Source: Aggregatilineales bacterium (lineage in GTDB: Bacteria > Chloroflexota > Anaerolineae > Aggregatilineales > Phototrophicaceae). Taken from it: 64,000 nucleotides of DNA. The translations under genes were made by a program, and so were the position numbers. The notes under the pieces were generated by a model, which was given only the letters and a program-made list of their open reading frames with translations, was not told the DNA's origin and made no database searches. Location: assembly GCA_963667305.2 (NCBI GenBank), contig CAXXWG010000008.1:165913-229912 (forward strand), given 5' to 3'. This document shows, in pieces, positions 40,037 to 47,906 of the stretch. Position 1 is the stretch's first letter, and each line of letters begins with the position of its first letter.

Positions 40037-40405
40037 TCAGGTCTCCACACCATCGTTGCCAGGCGCATCCAGGGCCGCGCGAAACACGTCCAGCCTGCGG
40101 TCTACGTCACTGGAAACACAGCCGGTGTATGCCTCGGCGACCGGGATTTCTTCTTCCCGACACCACGCCCGCAACTTCAGTTCGCGACGCAAACCAAGCA
40201 GTGAGGTGGTGACGGTCAACTCAAGACTCAAGTCCGGATTTGCGTTTGCGTTCAGAATGTCGGGCACCTCACAGCGTTCGCAATCCGCCGTTTTCCAGGG
40301 TTGGGATGCCGGATTGTTGCGGATCAGGCGACATTGCTGAATATTTCGCCCGCGGTGAAAATCCTGGAAATAGTGGCGGCATTCCTTGCCGGCTGGTGTA
40401 CGCAT
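40037..40405 (-). CDS. Cys-rich hypothetical protein
   Basis: 122 aa. GGAGA RBS 6-7 nt before ATG 40405. Cys pattern C9, C25, C42-x2-C45, C82, C96. I recognise no family. Confidence 0.45.
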   Translation of the reverse strand: MRTPAGKECRHYFQDFHRGRNIQQCRLIRNNPASQPWKTADCERCEVPDILNANANPDLSLELTVTTSLLGLRRELKLRAWCREEEIPVAEAYTGCVSSDVDRRLDVFRAALDAPGNDGVET

Positions 40406-40459
40406 GTTGGTCTCCGCCTGCCTGCAATCAGTATGACCCGAATCAGGGGCTTGCGCCAG

Positions 40460-43258
40460 TTATTCACCGACCGACAGCCAGCGACGGGCTTCATGTGGCA
40501 GCGTTGCGAGCGGCGCAGAGACCCTTGTGCAGTCCGGCAGGTGATCGAGGAACTGCCGGCCGTATCGTTTGCTGAGCACGCGTCGATCGAAGACAGCGAC
40601 AACGCCCCTGTCTTCATGACTTCGAATCAGGCGGCCAAAACCCTGGCGAAAGCGCAAAATGGCATCCGGCACGGAATAGTCGTTGAAAGGATCGGAGAAG
40701 GTCTCGGAGCGGGCCGCAAAGACGGGGTCCGAGGGCACGGCAAAAGGCAGGCGCACGATGACCAGGGCGCGCAAATCATCGCCGGGAATGTCAACGCCTT
40801 CCCAAAAGCTGCGTGTGCCCAACAACACTGCCTTTTCGCGCTGGCGAAAGGCCTTCAACAGACCGCTGCGGCTGCTGCCGCCCCTTTGGGAAAGCACCTC
40901 AATGCCGCCCAGGGCCAGCCGCGGCGTGATCCCTTGCGCCGTTTGGCGGAGCTGGCTGTAACTGGTGAAGAGCGCCAGCAGGCCACCGTCGAGCGCGGCA
41001 GCCAATTCCACCAGGCCCCTTTCAACCGCCACCTGATATTGTTCCCTCTGTGCCGGTTCGGGGATGTCCGAGGGGACAAAGAGCAGCGTGGAGGCGCGAT
41101 AGTCAAAGGGAGAACCAAGGTCAACGGTGCGCAGGTTGTCGGCATTGAGCCTTTCACGCAGGAAGTTGAAATCGCCGCCGCTGCGCAGTGTGGCGCTGGT
41201 CAACACGACGGTTTCAAGCGATTCCCACAAATGTTCTTCCACCAGCGGCCCGGCATGCAGGGGCGTTGCGTGCATGGTCACCGGATTGCCGCGAGCGGCG
41301 GCGATTTCCAGCCAGTAGACCCGGTTCTCTTGCGGTTTCTCTACAAATGCCTCCAGTTGCTGACGTGCCATCACGAACCAGCGGCTGATGTTTTCGATCG
41401 TGTTGAGGCTGTCCAGTAAATCTCCGTCGGCGCCCATGGCCAGGGGGCCGAGTTGTTCTGTCAGTCGACGCAGGGCGTCGCAGATGCCGTAGAAGAAGCC
41501 GGACAGGGTCTCGTACTGTTCGACGACGGCATCGAAGCTGTTGTGTTCGCGCAACTGTGGCACGATGCGCAGGCGTGTCGTGTAGCTGCTGCGGGAAGGA
41601 GCGACGTCGTCCGCGAAAGAGCGACAGCCCGAGAACAGCCTGCCGGCATGGTGTTGCAGCAGCGTGGCCGCTTCGGCGATGGTATCGATCATCTCTCTCA
41701 GGCGTTGCCTGACAGCCCCTGAAACCTGTCCCTGCGATGCGCGCAACAGTTCTCCCAGCACGCCACTGTTGGCCGACCCCAGTTCCGCCAACTGGAGGCG
41801 GAGCAATCGTTCATCGAGCTGAAAGGCAAAGGCATCCGAAACCGCGTCTTCAAGATGTTGGGCCTCGTCCAGTATCAAAGAACTGTAGTTTGGCAAGACG
41901 CGATGTTCGCTGGCGGCATCTGCCAACAACAGGGCATGGTTGACGACCACAAGATGTGCGCTTTCGGCAGTCTTGCGCGCCTTGAAAAAGGGGCAACTGC
42001 CTTTCATCTCGCTGCGGCATCGTTCCAGACTGCACAGGGGGTCCTCGGCGCTCAGACGTGACCAGACATGGCGTTCTCCCGGGCCGCGCAGGGAAATCTG
42101 GCTGCGGTCGCCACTTCGATTGTCCAGCAGCCAGACGATCAATTTGCACAGCACCCGCAATTCGTCCTCGTTGACCGGCTTGCGGCGACGCAGCGCAGCA
42201 AACCGGCGCGGGCACAGATAGTTGCCGCGTCCCTTCAGCAGCGTGGACCGCAAGGGCTCCGACAAGGCCTTTTGCATGTCCGGCAGGTCCTTGTTCAGCA
42301 ATTGCTCCTGCAGGTTGATGGTATTGGTCGAAATAATCACGCGCCGCGAATTCACCTGGGCCCAGCGGGCGGCGGGCAGCAGATAGGCCAGAGACTTGCC
42401 GACCCCCGTGCCGGCCTCGATCATCAAATGCTCCCCCTGGTTGAAAGCCTGGACGACCTCCTGTGCCATCTGAATCTGCTGTGGGCGTTCGCGAAAGCCA
42501 GGAAGTTGCCTTGCCAGCGGACCGCCCTCGCACAGTTCCTGCCGTACTTGCTCAACGTCCAGCGGCACGGGCGCATCTTCCGGGGTCAGCAGGGGCAGGC
42601 CTTCCTGCAGGGGAGGGAAGAGCGTGCTGCCATGTCCAGTTCGGATGACATCCACCGATGACAGCAGGTCCCGGGATTCCAGTGCGGCGCGGAAAACGGG
42701 TTCCGCACTCCAGGCCATGCCGCTTGCTGCGCTGACGATTTCATTGAGCGTGGCGAGCGGCAGTTCCAGGGCCTGCAACCACAAATGCCAGTAAAGGCCG
42801 GCCGTGGCGCGCGCGTCGTCAAGGGCGCGATGTGCCTGGCGCAACTCAATGCCGGTCTCGGCGGCCAGGTTGCCAAGAGAATAACGCGAGGCTGCCGGCA
42901 ACAGCACCGGCGCAAGTTCCGCGGTATCCAGACGCAGGTTGCCACGCAGGGCTCCCTGGCGGGCAAGGAAGTCCATGTCGAAGTTGACGTTATGGCCGAT
43001 GACGGGAGCGTCTGCGACAAAGCGAACGATTTGCGGCAATACTTCCTCGATAGCGGGCTGGCCGACCAGTTGTTCCGGCCGGATGCCGGTGATGTCAGTG
43101 ATCTCCCCGGGCAGGGACACGCCCGGGTTTACCAGTTGCGAATACTCGTCAACCACCTGGCCCTCGCGCATGCGCACGGCGCCAATCTCTATGATGGAGT
43201 CCCGCTGCGGATCAAGACCGGTCGTCTCCAGGTCCAGGGCCACCAGGTCAACGTTCAT
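40460..43258 (-). CDS. dinG: DnaQ-like 3'-5' exonuclease fused to DinG/XPD-family ATP-dependent helicase
   Basis: 932 aa. Exo I motif VALDLETTGLDP, Walker A EAGTGVGKSLAYLLPA, DEAH-variant LILDEAQHLED, and a Cys cluster (LCPRR, CSLERC, SCPFF) at the position of the XPD/DinG Fe-S domain. Confidence 0.88.
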   Translation of the reverse strand: MNVDLVALDLETTGLDPQRDSIIEIGAVRMREGQVVDEYSQLVNPGVSLPGEITDITGIRPEQLVGQPAIEEVLPQIVRFVADAPVIGHNVNFDMDFLARQGALRGNLRLDTAELAPVLLPAASRYSLGNLAAETGIELRQAHRALDDARATAGLYWHLWLQALELPLATLNEIVSAASGMAWSAEPVFRAALESRDLLSSVDVIRTGHGSTLFPPLQEGLPLLTPEDAPVPLDVEQVRQELCEGGPLARQLPGFRERPQQIQMAQEVVQAFNQGEHLMIEAGTGVGKSLAYLLPAARWAQVNSRRVIISTNTINLQEQLLNKDLPDMQKALSEPLRSTLLKGRGNYLCPRRFAALRRRKPVNEDELRVLCKLIVWLLDNRSGDRSQISLRGPGERHVWSRLSAEDPLCSLERCRSEMKGSCPFFKARKTAESAHLVVVNHALLLADAASEHRVLPNYSSLILDEAQHLEDAVSDAFAFQLDERLLRLQLAELGSANSGVLGELLRASQGQVSGAVRQRLREMIDTIAEAATLLQHHAGRLFSGCRSFADDVAPSRSSYTTRLRIVPQLREHNSFDAVVEQYETLSGFFYGICDALRRLTEQLGPLAMGADGDLLDSLNTIENISRWFVMARQQLEAFVEKPQENRVYWLEIAAARGNPVTMHATPLHAGPLVEEHLWESLETVVLTSATLRSGGDFNFLRERLNADNLRTVDLGSPFDYRASTLLFVPSDIPEPAQREQYQVAVERGLVELAAALDGGLLALFTSYSQLRQTAQGITPRLALGGIEVLSQRGGSSRSGLLKAFRQREKAVLLGTRSFWEGVDIPGDDLRALVIVRLPFAVPSDPVFAARSETFSDPFNDYSVPDAILRFRQGFGRLIRSHEDRGVVAVFDRRVLSKRYGRQFLDHLPDCTRVSAPLATLPHEARRWLSVGE

Positions 43259-43316
43259 GCGCTTGCTTCGGAATGGCTTTCCCGGACAATGAAATCAAGG
43301 CAAATGGTCCTTGCGA

Positions 43317-44108
43317 CTAAATGTAAGCGGAGGCATCAGGCGCGCGCAGGCGATTGGCCAGCAACAGGACACACAATGCCAGGAAAACCAGGATCAGACC
43401 AGTCTGAATCGCCGTATCAAGATTGCGCTCCAGCGCATTGTAAACCAGCAGGGGCATGGTTCGGGTGCGGCCCTGCAAACTGCCGGCAAAAAGAATGGTC
43501 GCGCCGAATTCTCCCAGGGCACGGGCCCAGGCAAGCGTCAAACCGGCGCCCAGCGCGCGCAGCGAAAGGGGCAGTGAGATGTTGACAAACAAGGCCAGAC
43601 CGGTGGCGCCATCCACGCGGGCCGCCGCTTCGATTTCAGCAGGTACATTGGCAAAACCGGCCTGGGCAGCGCGCAAATAGAAGGGGGCCGCGACAAATAC
43701 TTGGGCCAGCACCACGGCCGTCGCCGTAAAGGCAATGTCAACGTTCAGCGAAGCCAGAACATTGCCGAGCAATCCTCGTCGTCCCAGCGTCAGCAGCAAG
43801 GCGAGACCCGCAACGGCCGGGGGCAAAACCAGCGGCAATTGCAGCAAGATGGAAACCAGCCGACGAAACGGGAAGTGCCAGCGAGACAGGACCCAGGCGA
43901 GAGGCGTGCCGAATACCAGCACCAGCAGCATGCTGATGCCGGTCGTAACAAGGCTGAGCGCCAGCGCCTGGGGCAGGGCAGGGTCCGGCGGACTGCCATC
44001 GGCACGGGCCGACAGGCCCTGGACCAGCAACACCAGAACGGGAAGTAGCAAGAATCCGGCCGCCACCATGGCGAAGAGCAGGAGCGAGGCGGCAGGCAAG
44101 CGTTTCAT
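43317..44108 (-). CDS. modB: molybdate ABC transporter permease
   Basis: 263 aa. LPLVLPPAVAGLALLL and ARALGEFGATILFAGSLQGRTRTMPLLVY match ModB. ATGA overlap with modA. Confidence 0.86.
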   Translation of the reverse strand: MKRLPAASLLLFAMVAAGFLLLPVLVLLVQGLSARADGSPPDPALPQALALSLVTTGISMLLVLVFGTPLAWVLSRWHFPFRRLVSILLQLPLVLPPAVAGLALLLTLGRRGLLGNVLASLNVDIAFTATAVVLAQVFVAAPFYLRAAQAGFANVPAEIEAAARVDGATGLALFVNISLPLSLRALGAGLTLAWARALGEFGATILFAGSLQGRTRTMPLLVYNALERNLDTAIQTGLILVFLALCVLLLANRLRAPDASAYI

Positions 44109-44929
44109 GCAGGTGCTGCCGTCCGGCAGGACGACCAGTTCCAGGGCGTAGTCTCCGGAATCGCAGGGATAAAGCCGTGGTCTTGCAAACGTCGCTGGCC
44201 TGCGGATGAGAGCAGAAAGGCGACGAACGCGTCGGCCAAGCGCTCATTGGCGCTGTCAGCAAGGACAGCCACCGGATACGTTGCTCTCACGTTGACTTCG
44301 TCGGCCAGTGGTATGACAGCGATCCTGTCCGCCAGGTCGGGTGTGATGTCGCTGCGATAGACAACACCGGCGTCGGCGCTGCCAAAGGCGATCCTGAACA
44401 TGACCTGCCGCACGTTGTTCTCTTCGGACACAAGGTTTGCCAGGACCTCCTCCACTTCAATGTGTTGCCGCGTGGCAAGCCGTTCCAGCATTTGGTCCGT
44501 ATAGCCGCGCACCGGAACGCCGGGAGAGGCAAACACGAGTCTCAGGCCCGGCCTGGCGAGTTCATCGGGCGCAATGAGGCGCGCCGGATTGTCGGATGGT
44601 ACAACCAGCGCCAGGCGATTGTAGGCAAAGACTTGCGCGTCGTCGACCAGCCCGGCTTCCCGCAGTCGCGCGATTTGCGTCTGGTCCGCACTGGCAACCA
44701 CGTCGGCCCGGGCTCCCAACAGAATTTGATTGGCCAGGGTTGAGGAAGAGGCGAGGTTCAGGACAATATCGACTTCAGGGTTTCGTCGCTCAAACTCCGC
44801 CTCAAGTGCGAGAAATACGTCTGAAAGGGAAGCTGCTGCAAAGATCAGCAAGGGGGTTCGGGCCAGAGTCCTGGCGGCTGGCGCGCACAGAAAAAGCAAA
44901 AACAACACAGGCAAGACGAGCCGTCGCAT
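44105..44929 (-). CDS. modA: molybdate ABC transporter substrate-binding protein
   Basis: Signal peptide MRRLVLPVLFLLFLCAPAARTLA from ATG 44929. ModA-like IFAAASLSDVFLALEAEF...LNLASSSTLANQI. Confidence 0.84.
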   Translation of the reverse strand: MRRLVLPVLFLLFLCAPAARTLARTPLLIFAAASLSDVFLALEAEFERRNPEVDIVLNLASSSTLANQILLGARADVVASADQTQIARLREAGLVDDAQVFAYNRLALVVPSDNPARLIAPDELARPGLRLVFASPGVPVRGYTDQMLERLATRQHIEVEEVLANLVSEENNVRQVMFRIAFGSADAGVVYRSDITPDLADRIAVIPLADEVNVRATYPVAVLADSANERLADAFVAFLLSSAGQRRLQDHGFIPAIPETTPWNWSSCRTAAPA

Positions 44930-44990
44930 CCTGCGCGAATCCGGATCAGGCCGGGCCAGTGTATTTTGCAATGTCAGATGTTTGCGGGGC

Positions 44991-45019
44991 TTGACACGGA
45001 GGCCATGCCGAGTCATGAT
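44991..45019 (+). promoter_or_regulatory. candidate promoter for tRNA-Asp
   Basis: TTGACA (44991-44996), 17-nt spacer, CATGAT (45014-45019). Lies 12 nt before the mature tRNA 5' end. The -10 element is weak. Confidence 0.35.
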
Positions 45020-45031
45020 GGGCCTTCGTAA

Positions 45032-45104
45032 GGGGGCGTAGTGTAGCGGTTAACATGCCACCCTGTCAAGGTGGAGATCGCGGGTTCGAATCCCGTCGCT
45101 CCCG
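45032..45104 (+). tRNA. tRNA-Asp (anticodon GTC)
   Basis: Hand-folded. Acceptor GGGGGCG/CGCTCCC (one G-U pair), anticodon arm CCACC-CTGTCAA-GGTGG, T arm GCGGG-TTCGAAT-CCCGT, discriminator G. Confidence 0.92.
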
Positions 45105-45109
45105 TAGCG

Positions 45110-45144
45110 GGTGCAGGCAAATTGCTTGCACCTGTTTCATTTCT
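45110..45144 (+). terminator. intrinsic terminator after tRNA-Asp
   Basis: 9-bp stem GGTGCAGGC / GCTTGCACC (one G-U pair), loop AAATT, followed by TGTTTCATTTCT. Confidence 0.6.
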
Positions 45145-45302
45145 GCAGGTCCGAATTCCAATAAACCGGAGATATGGCGAGTCGATGAGCGCGGCACTTT
45201 CCGGCTCAAATGGCAGTGTTGGCGAGCCATTTGGCCTGCGCCACTTGCCGGGCGGTCGACCTTGATCCAAATGTCCGCAGAGTGCCACAGGGAATAGCCG
45301 CG

Positions 45303-46865
45303 ATGATGCGTCCACTACAGGTCAATACACATGACGTCATGGATGCCATCCGGAGCGGTTGCCAGACAATGGCCAGGGGCTTCAATCGACATGACTCGGA
45401 CCGGCCATTTTTCAGTGCCTTCGTTCGTCCGGCAGCGCGCCTCGGCTGGAGCGGCCATTATTCGGATGCACACGTGCCGGGACGCCATCTCAATGCCCTG
45501 ATCGCAGCCAAAGTTTATCTCGGCGTCGAAATCGACGAGGAGGCCGTGCGCAAACATGCCGATGCCCTGTTTTTTTCATACAGCGGAGACATACCGCTTC
45601 CCCTGAATCGGGGTTCAGTCAAGGCAGGCAAACCGGATGTTTTTCTGGCACACAACCTGCGGGAAGGCTTCCACGGCCTGAACGCGCTCATCCTGGGGTA
45701 TGAAGACAGTCGGGCCCTTGAGCTGACCAGGCGGTCTGTCGACTTCACAAGAAAGAACTGGAATCCGCGATCCGGCTGGTCCTTCGCGGAAGCTCCCTCC
45801 GGTTTCCTGCCCAATCACACAGTCAGCGGGATCGGCAGGGCTATCGGACCGCTGGTAAAGATTTACAGCAACACGCTCTATCGACCGGCGCTGGAGTTGG
45901 CGCAGGATATTGCGGGGGCCGCACTGGAGTTCTTTCCGGAAGACGGTCGTTTTCTGGCAGAAGAGTTGGGAAGCCATGTCCATTCCATAACCTCGACCCT
46001 GTGCTCCCTGGCACGGCTTGCCGAGCTGACCGGCGACTCTGCGCTCTTGCAGAGGGTTGCAACGTTTTATGACCGCGGCTTGTGGGAGATCAGGGACGAA
46101 ACAGGCTGGGCCATCGAATCCACAAGGCCGGACGCAAACCCGGACCGGGGCGAGGTGAACACCAGCGGCGACATTCTTGAGACGGTGCTAATCCTGGGCG
46201 CCCACCACGATTCCAGGTTCTATGGCGACGCCGAGCGCATCCTGCGCTGCCACATCCTGCCCTCACAGTTGCGCGACATCTCCTTCGCGCCCGGCTGGTC
46301 GGCAGCCCATGAAGATGGCAACCTGCCGCCAGGCTCGGTATTTGCTCGCCTGCAGGGCGCCTGGGGCTTTCCTGCCCCCTACGGCCATGAGCCGCCGGGC
46401 CAGCAAGGCGTCCAGTTCAACCTCGATATCGTTGGTGGCACCGTTGCCTCACTTTGCGAGTATTGTCGGCGAGCCGTGGTACAGGACGGCCAGGGTGTTT
46501 TCTGGCTGCATTGCCTGCTTGAACTTGATCGACGGGCGATAGAGGTGCGAACGCCCTACGCAGGGGACATTCTGGCTATTCTCCTGAAGGAGCCAGGTGG
46601 CATTGCAATCCGCGTGCCGAACTGGTTTGCGGAAGACCCGGTGGCGTTTGCCCCTGGCAACAATCTGCTCCTCTCCGACGGATACTGGCGATTCGAGGCG
46701 AAGAAAGCTCCCTGCCTGCTTGAGCTGCCATTGACGCTGGAACAGCAGACTGTTGTCCTGAAACACAAGACTCGTGACATCAGGGCCCGTTTGGCCGGCG
46801 ACTCCATTGTTTCGATGGACAACCACGGCGCAGATTTGACATTTTTTGCCAGCCCCGAAGTCTGA
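45303..46865 (+). CDS. hypothetical protein (possibly an all-alpha glycosidase-like enzyme)
   Basis: 520 aa from ATG 45303. Non-repetitive sequence with ordinary residue composition. No signal peptide and no motif I can name. Placed directly before the GntR/sugar-ABC/GH42-like locus. Confidence 0.6.
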   Translation: MMRPLQVNTHDVMDAIRSGCQTMARGFNRHDSDRPFFSAFVRPAARLGWSGHYSDAHVPGRHLNALIAAKVYLGVEIDEEAVRKHADALFFSYSGDIPLPLNRGSVKAGKPDVFLAHNLREGFHGLNALILGYEDSRALELTRRSVDFTRKNWNPRSGWSFAEAPSGFLPNHTVSGIGRAIGPLVKIYSNTLYRPALELAQDIAGAALEFFPEDGRFLAEELGSHVHSITSTLCSLARLAELTGDSALLQRVATFYDRGLWEIRDETGWAIESTRPDANPDRGEVNTSGDILETVLILGAHHDSRFYGDAERILRCHILPSQLRDISFAPGWSAAHEDGNLPPGSVFARLQGAWGFPAPYGHEPPGQQGVQFNLDIVGGTVASLCEYCRRAVVQDGQGVFWLHCLLELDRRAIEVRTPYAGDILAILLKEPGGIAIRVPNWFAEDPVAFAPGNNLLLSDGYWRFEAKKAPCLLELPLTLEQQTVVLKHKTRDIRARLAGDSIVSMDNHGADLTFFASPEV

Positions 46866-47014
46866 TTGACTGGCCCGGTTTAACCTGCAATGCATTGCTC
46901 CCTTTGATTGACGCCGCATGCAATCAAGTCTCCCGGCATGCGGATGGCCGGCCCTTTTGAAAGGATTGGGCTGTACGATTGCTCAAGATATGTGAACCCA
47001 AACTCAATTGAAAT

Positions 47015-47064
47015 TTGACAGATCAGCAATGTCGCGAAAGAATTGGTAACACCACTGACCAATT
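47015..47064 (+). promoter_or_regulatory. candidate gntR promoter with overlapping inverted-repeat operator
   Basis: TTGACA (47015-47020), 17-nt spacer, AAGAAT (47038-47043). Perfect inverted repeat AATTGGT-N10-ACCAATT (47041-47064) overlaps the -10 and ends 12 nt before GTG 47077. Confidence 0.4.
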
Positions 47065-47076
47065 TGGGATTCACTT

Positions 47077-47832
47077 GTGAGAAGCGTAAGCGACACTCAA
47101 GGAAATATTGAGGGACTGGAAAGAATCAACAGAACGAGTGTCCGAGATCAAACTCTTGAACAACTCAAGAATTTTATAGTCTCCGGAGAATTGGGGCCGG
47201 ATGGCCGCTTGCCCTCCGAACGCGCCTTGTCCGAGGCGCTGGGTGTGGGGCGATACAGCGTCCGCGAGGCGATCACGATCCTTGAAGCGGTTGGCCTGCT
47301 CGAGTCCCGGCCGGGAGACGGTACCTTTTTGGCCCGGCGAACCGGAGAACAGTTTGGGCGAATTCTTGGCATGGGTCTGGCCGCATGGGGCGGGCCCATA
47401 ATTGAGATTCTTGACGCGCGCGGAATCATTGAAGTTGAAGCTGCCCGCGCCGCTGCAGAACGTGCCAGGGAAGAGGATCTTGGCCTGATGCGGCAGGAAC
47501 TGGAGCGCATGCAGCGCGGTGTGCAACAGCACGACATTCGCCAATACCTTGCCGGTGACATGGAATTCCACCGACGGGTTGCCCAGGCGAGCCAAAATGC
47601 CATCATTTGGCAGTTTGTCAGTAACCTGACGGATTTGCTTGAGGAAGTCCTGCAGGAAGCGAAATTCGACGAGATGCCGGCCCAGGCAGAGGGTGGCGCG
47701 TCTCATCAGGATATCTACCGCGCCATTGCCAATGGCGACAGTCAGGCGGCGGCCAGTGCCATGCGCCAACATATCAGGTTCACCACGGAAGTCTGGCAGA
47801 CCATGGTTTCCCTTACCGCCGGCAAGGAATAG
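47077..47832 (+). CDS. GntR-family transcriptional regulator (FadR/FCD subfamily)
   Basis: Winged-HTH LPSERALSEALGVGRYSVREAITILEAVGLLESRPGDGTFL plus an all-helical C-terminal FCD-like domain. GTG start. Confidence 0.88.
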   Translation: MRSVSDTQGNIEGLERINRTSVRDQTLEQLKNFIVSGELGPDGRLPSERALSEALGVGRYSVREAITILEAVGLLESRPGDGTFLARRTGEQFGRILGMGLAAWGGPIIEILDARGIIEVEAARAAAERAREEDLGLMRQELERMQRGVQQHDIRQYLAGDMEFHRRVAQASQNAIIWQFVSNLTDLLEEVLQEAKFDEMPAQAEGGASHQDIYRAIANGDSQAAASAMRQHIRFTTEVWQTMVSLTAGKE

Positions 47833-47906
47833 CCAGGGAAGGAGGGAGAATGGCCGAACGGAATGTTCCGGTTCTTCAGGGTGAACATGAAGAAGGGAGA
47901 ATTGAA

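Noticed and set aside
44930-45031. Molybdenum-cofactor riboswitch or ModE box in the modA leader
   Set aside because: Only about 100 nt are available and part of that is the tRNA-Asp promoter. I could not match the Moco-RNA conserved core or a TAYAT-type ModE site by eye. An Rfam RF01055 scan would settle it.
25361-45104. A tRNA-flanked genomic island or integrated element (three tRNA genes within 20 kb)
   Set aside because: I saw no integrase, recombinase, transposase or phage gene, and no duplicated tRNA 3' half (att-like repeat). The genes between the tRNAs are housekeeping (suf, nnr, dinG, mod).
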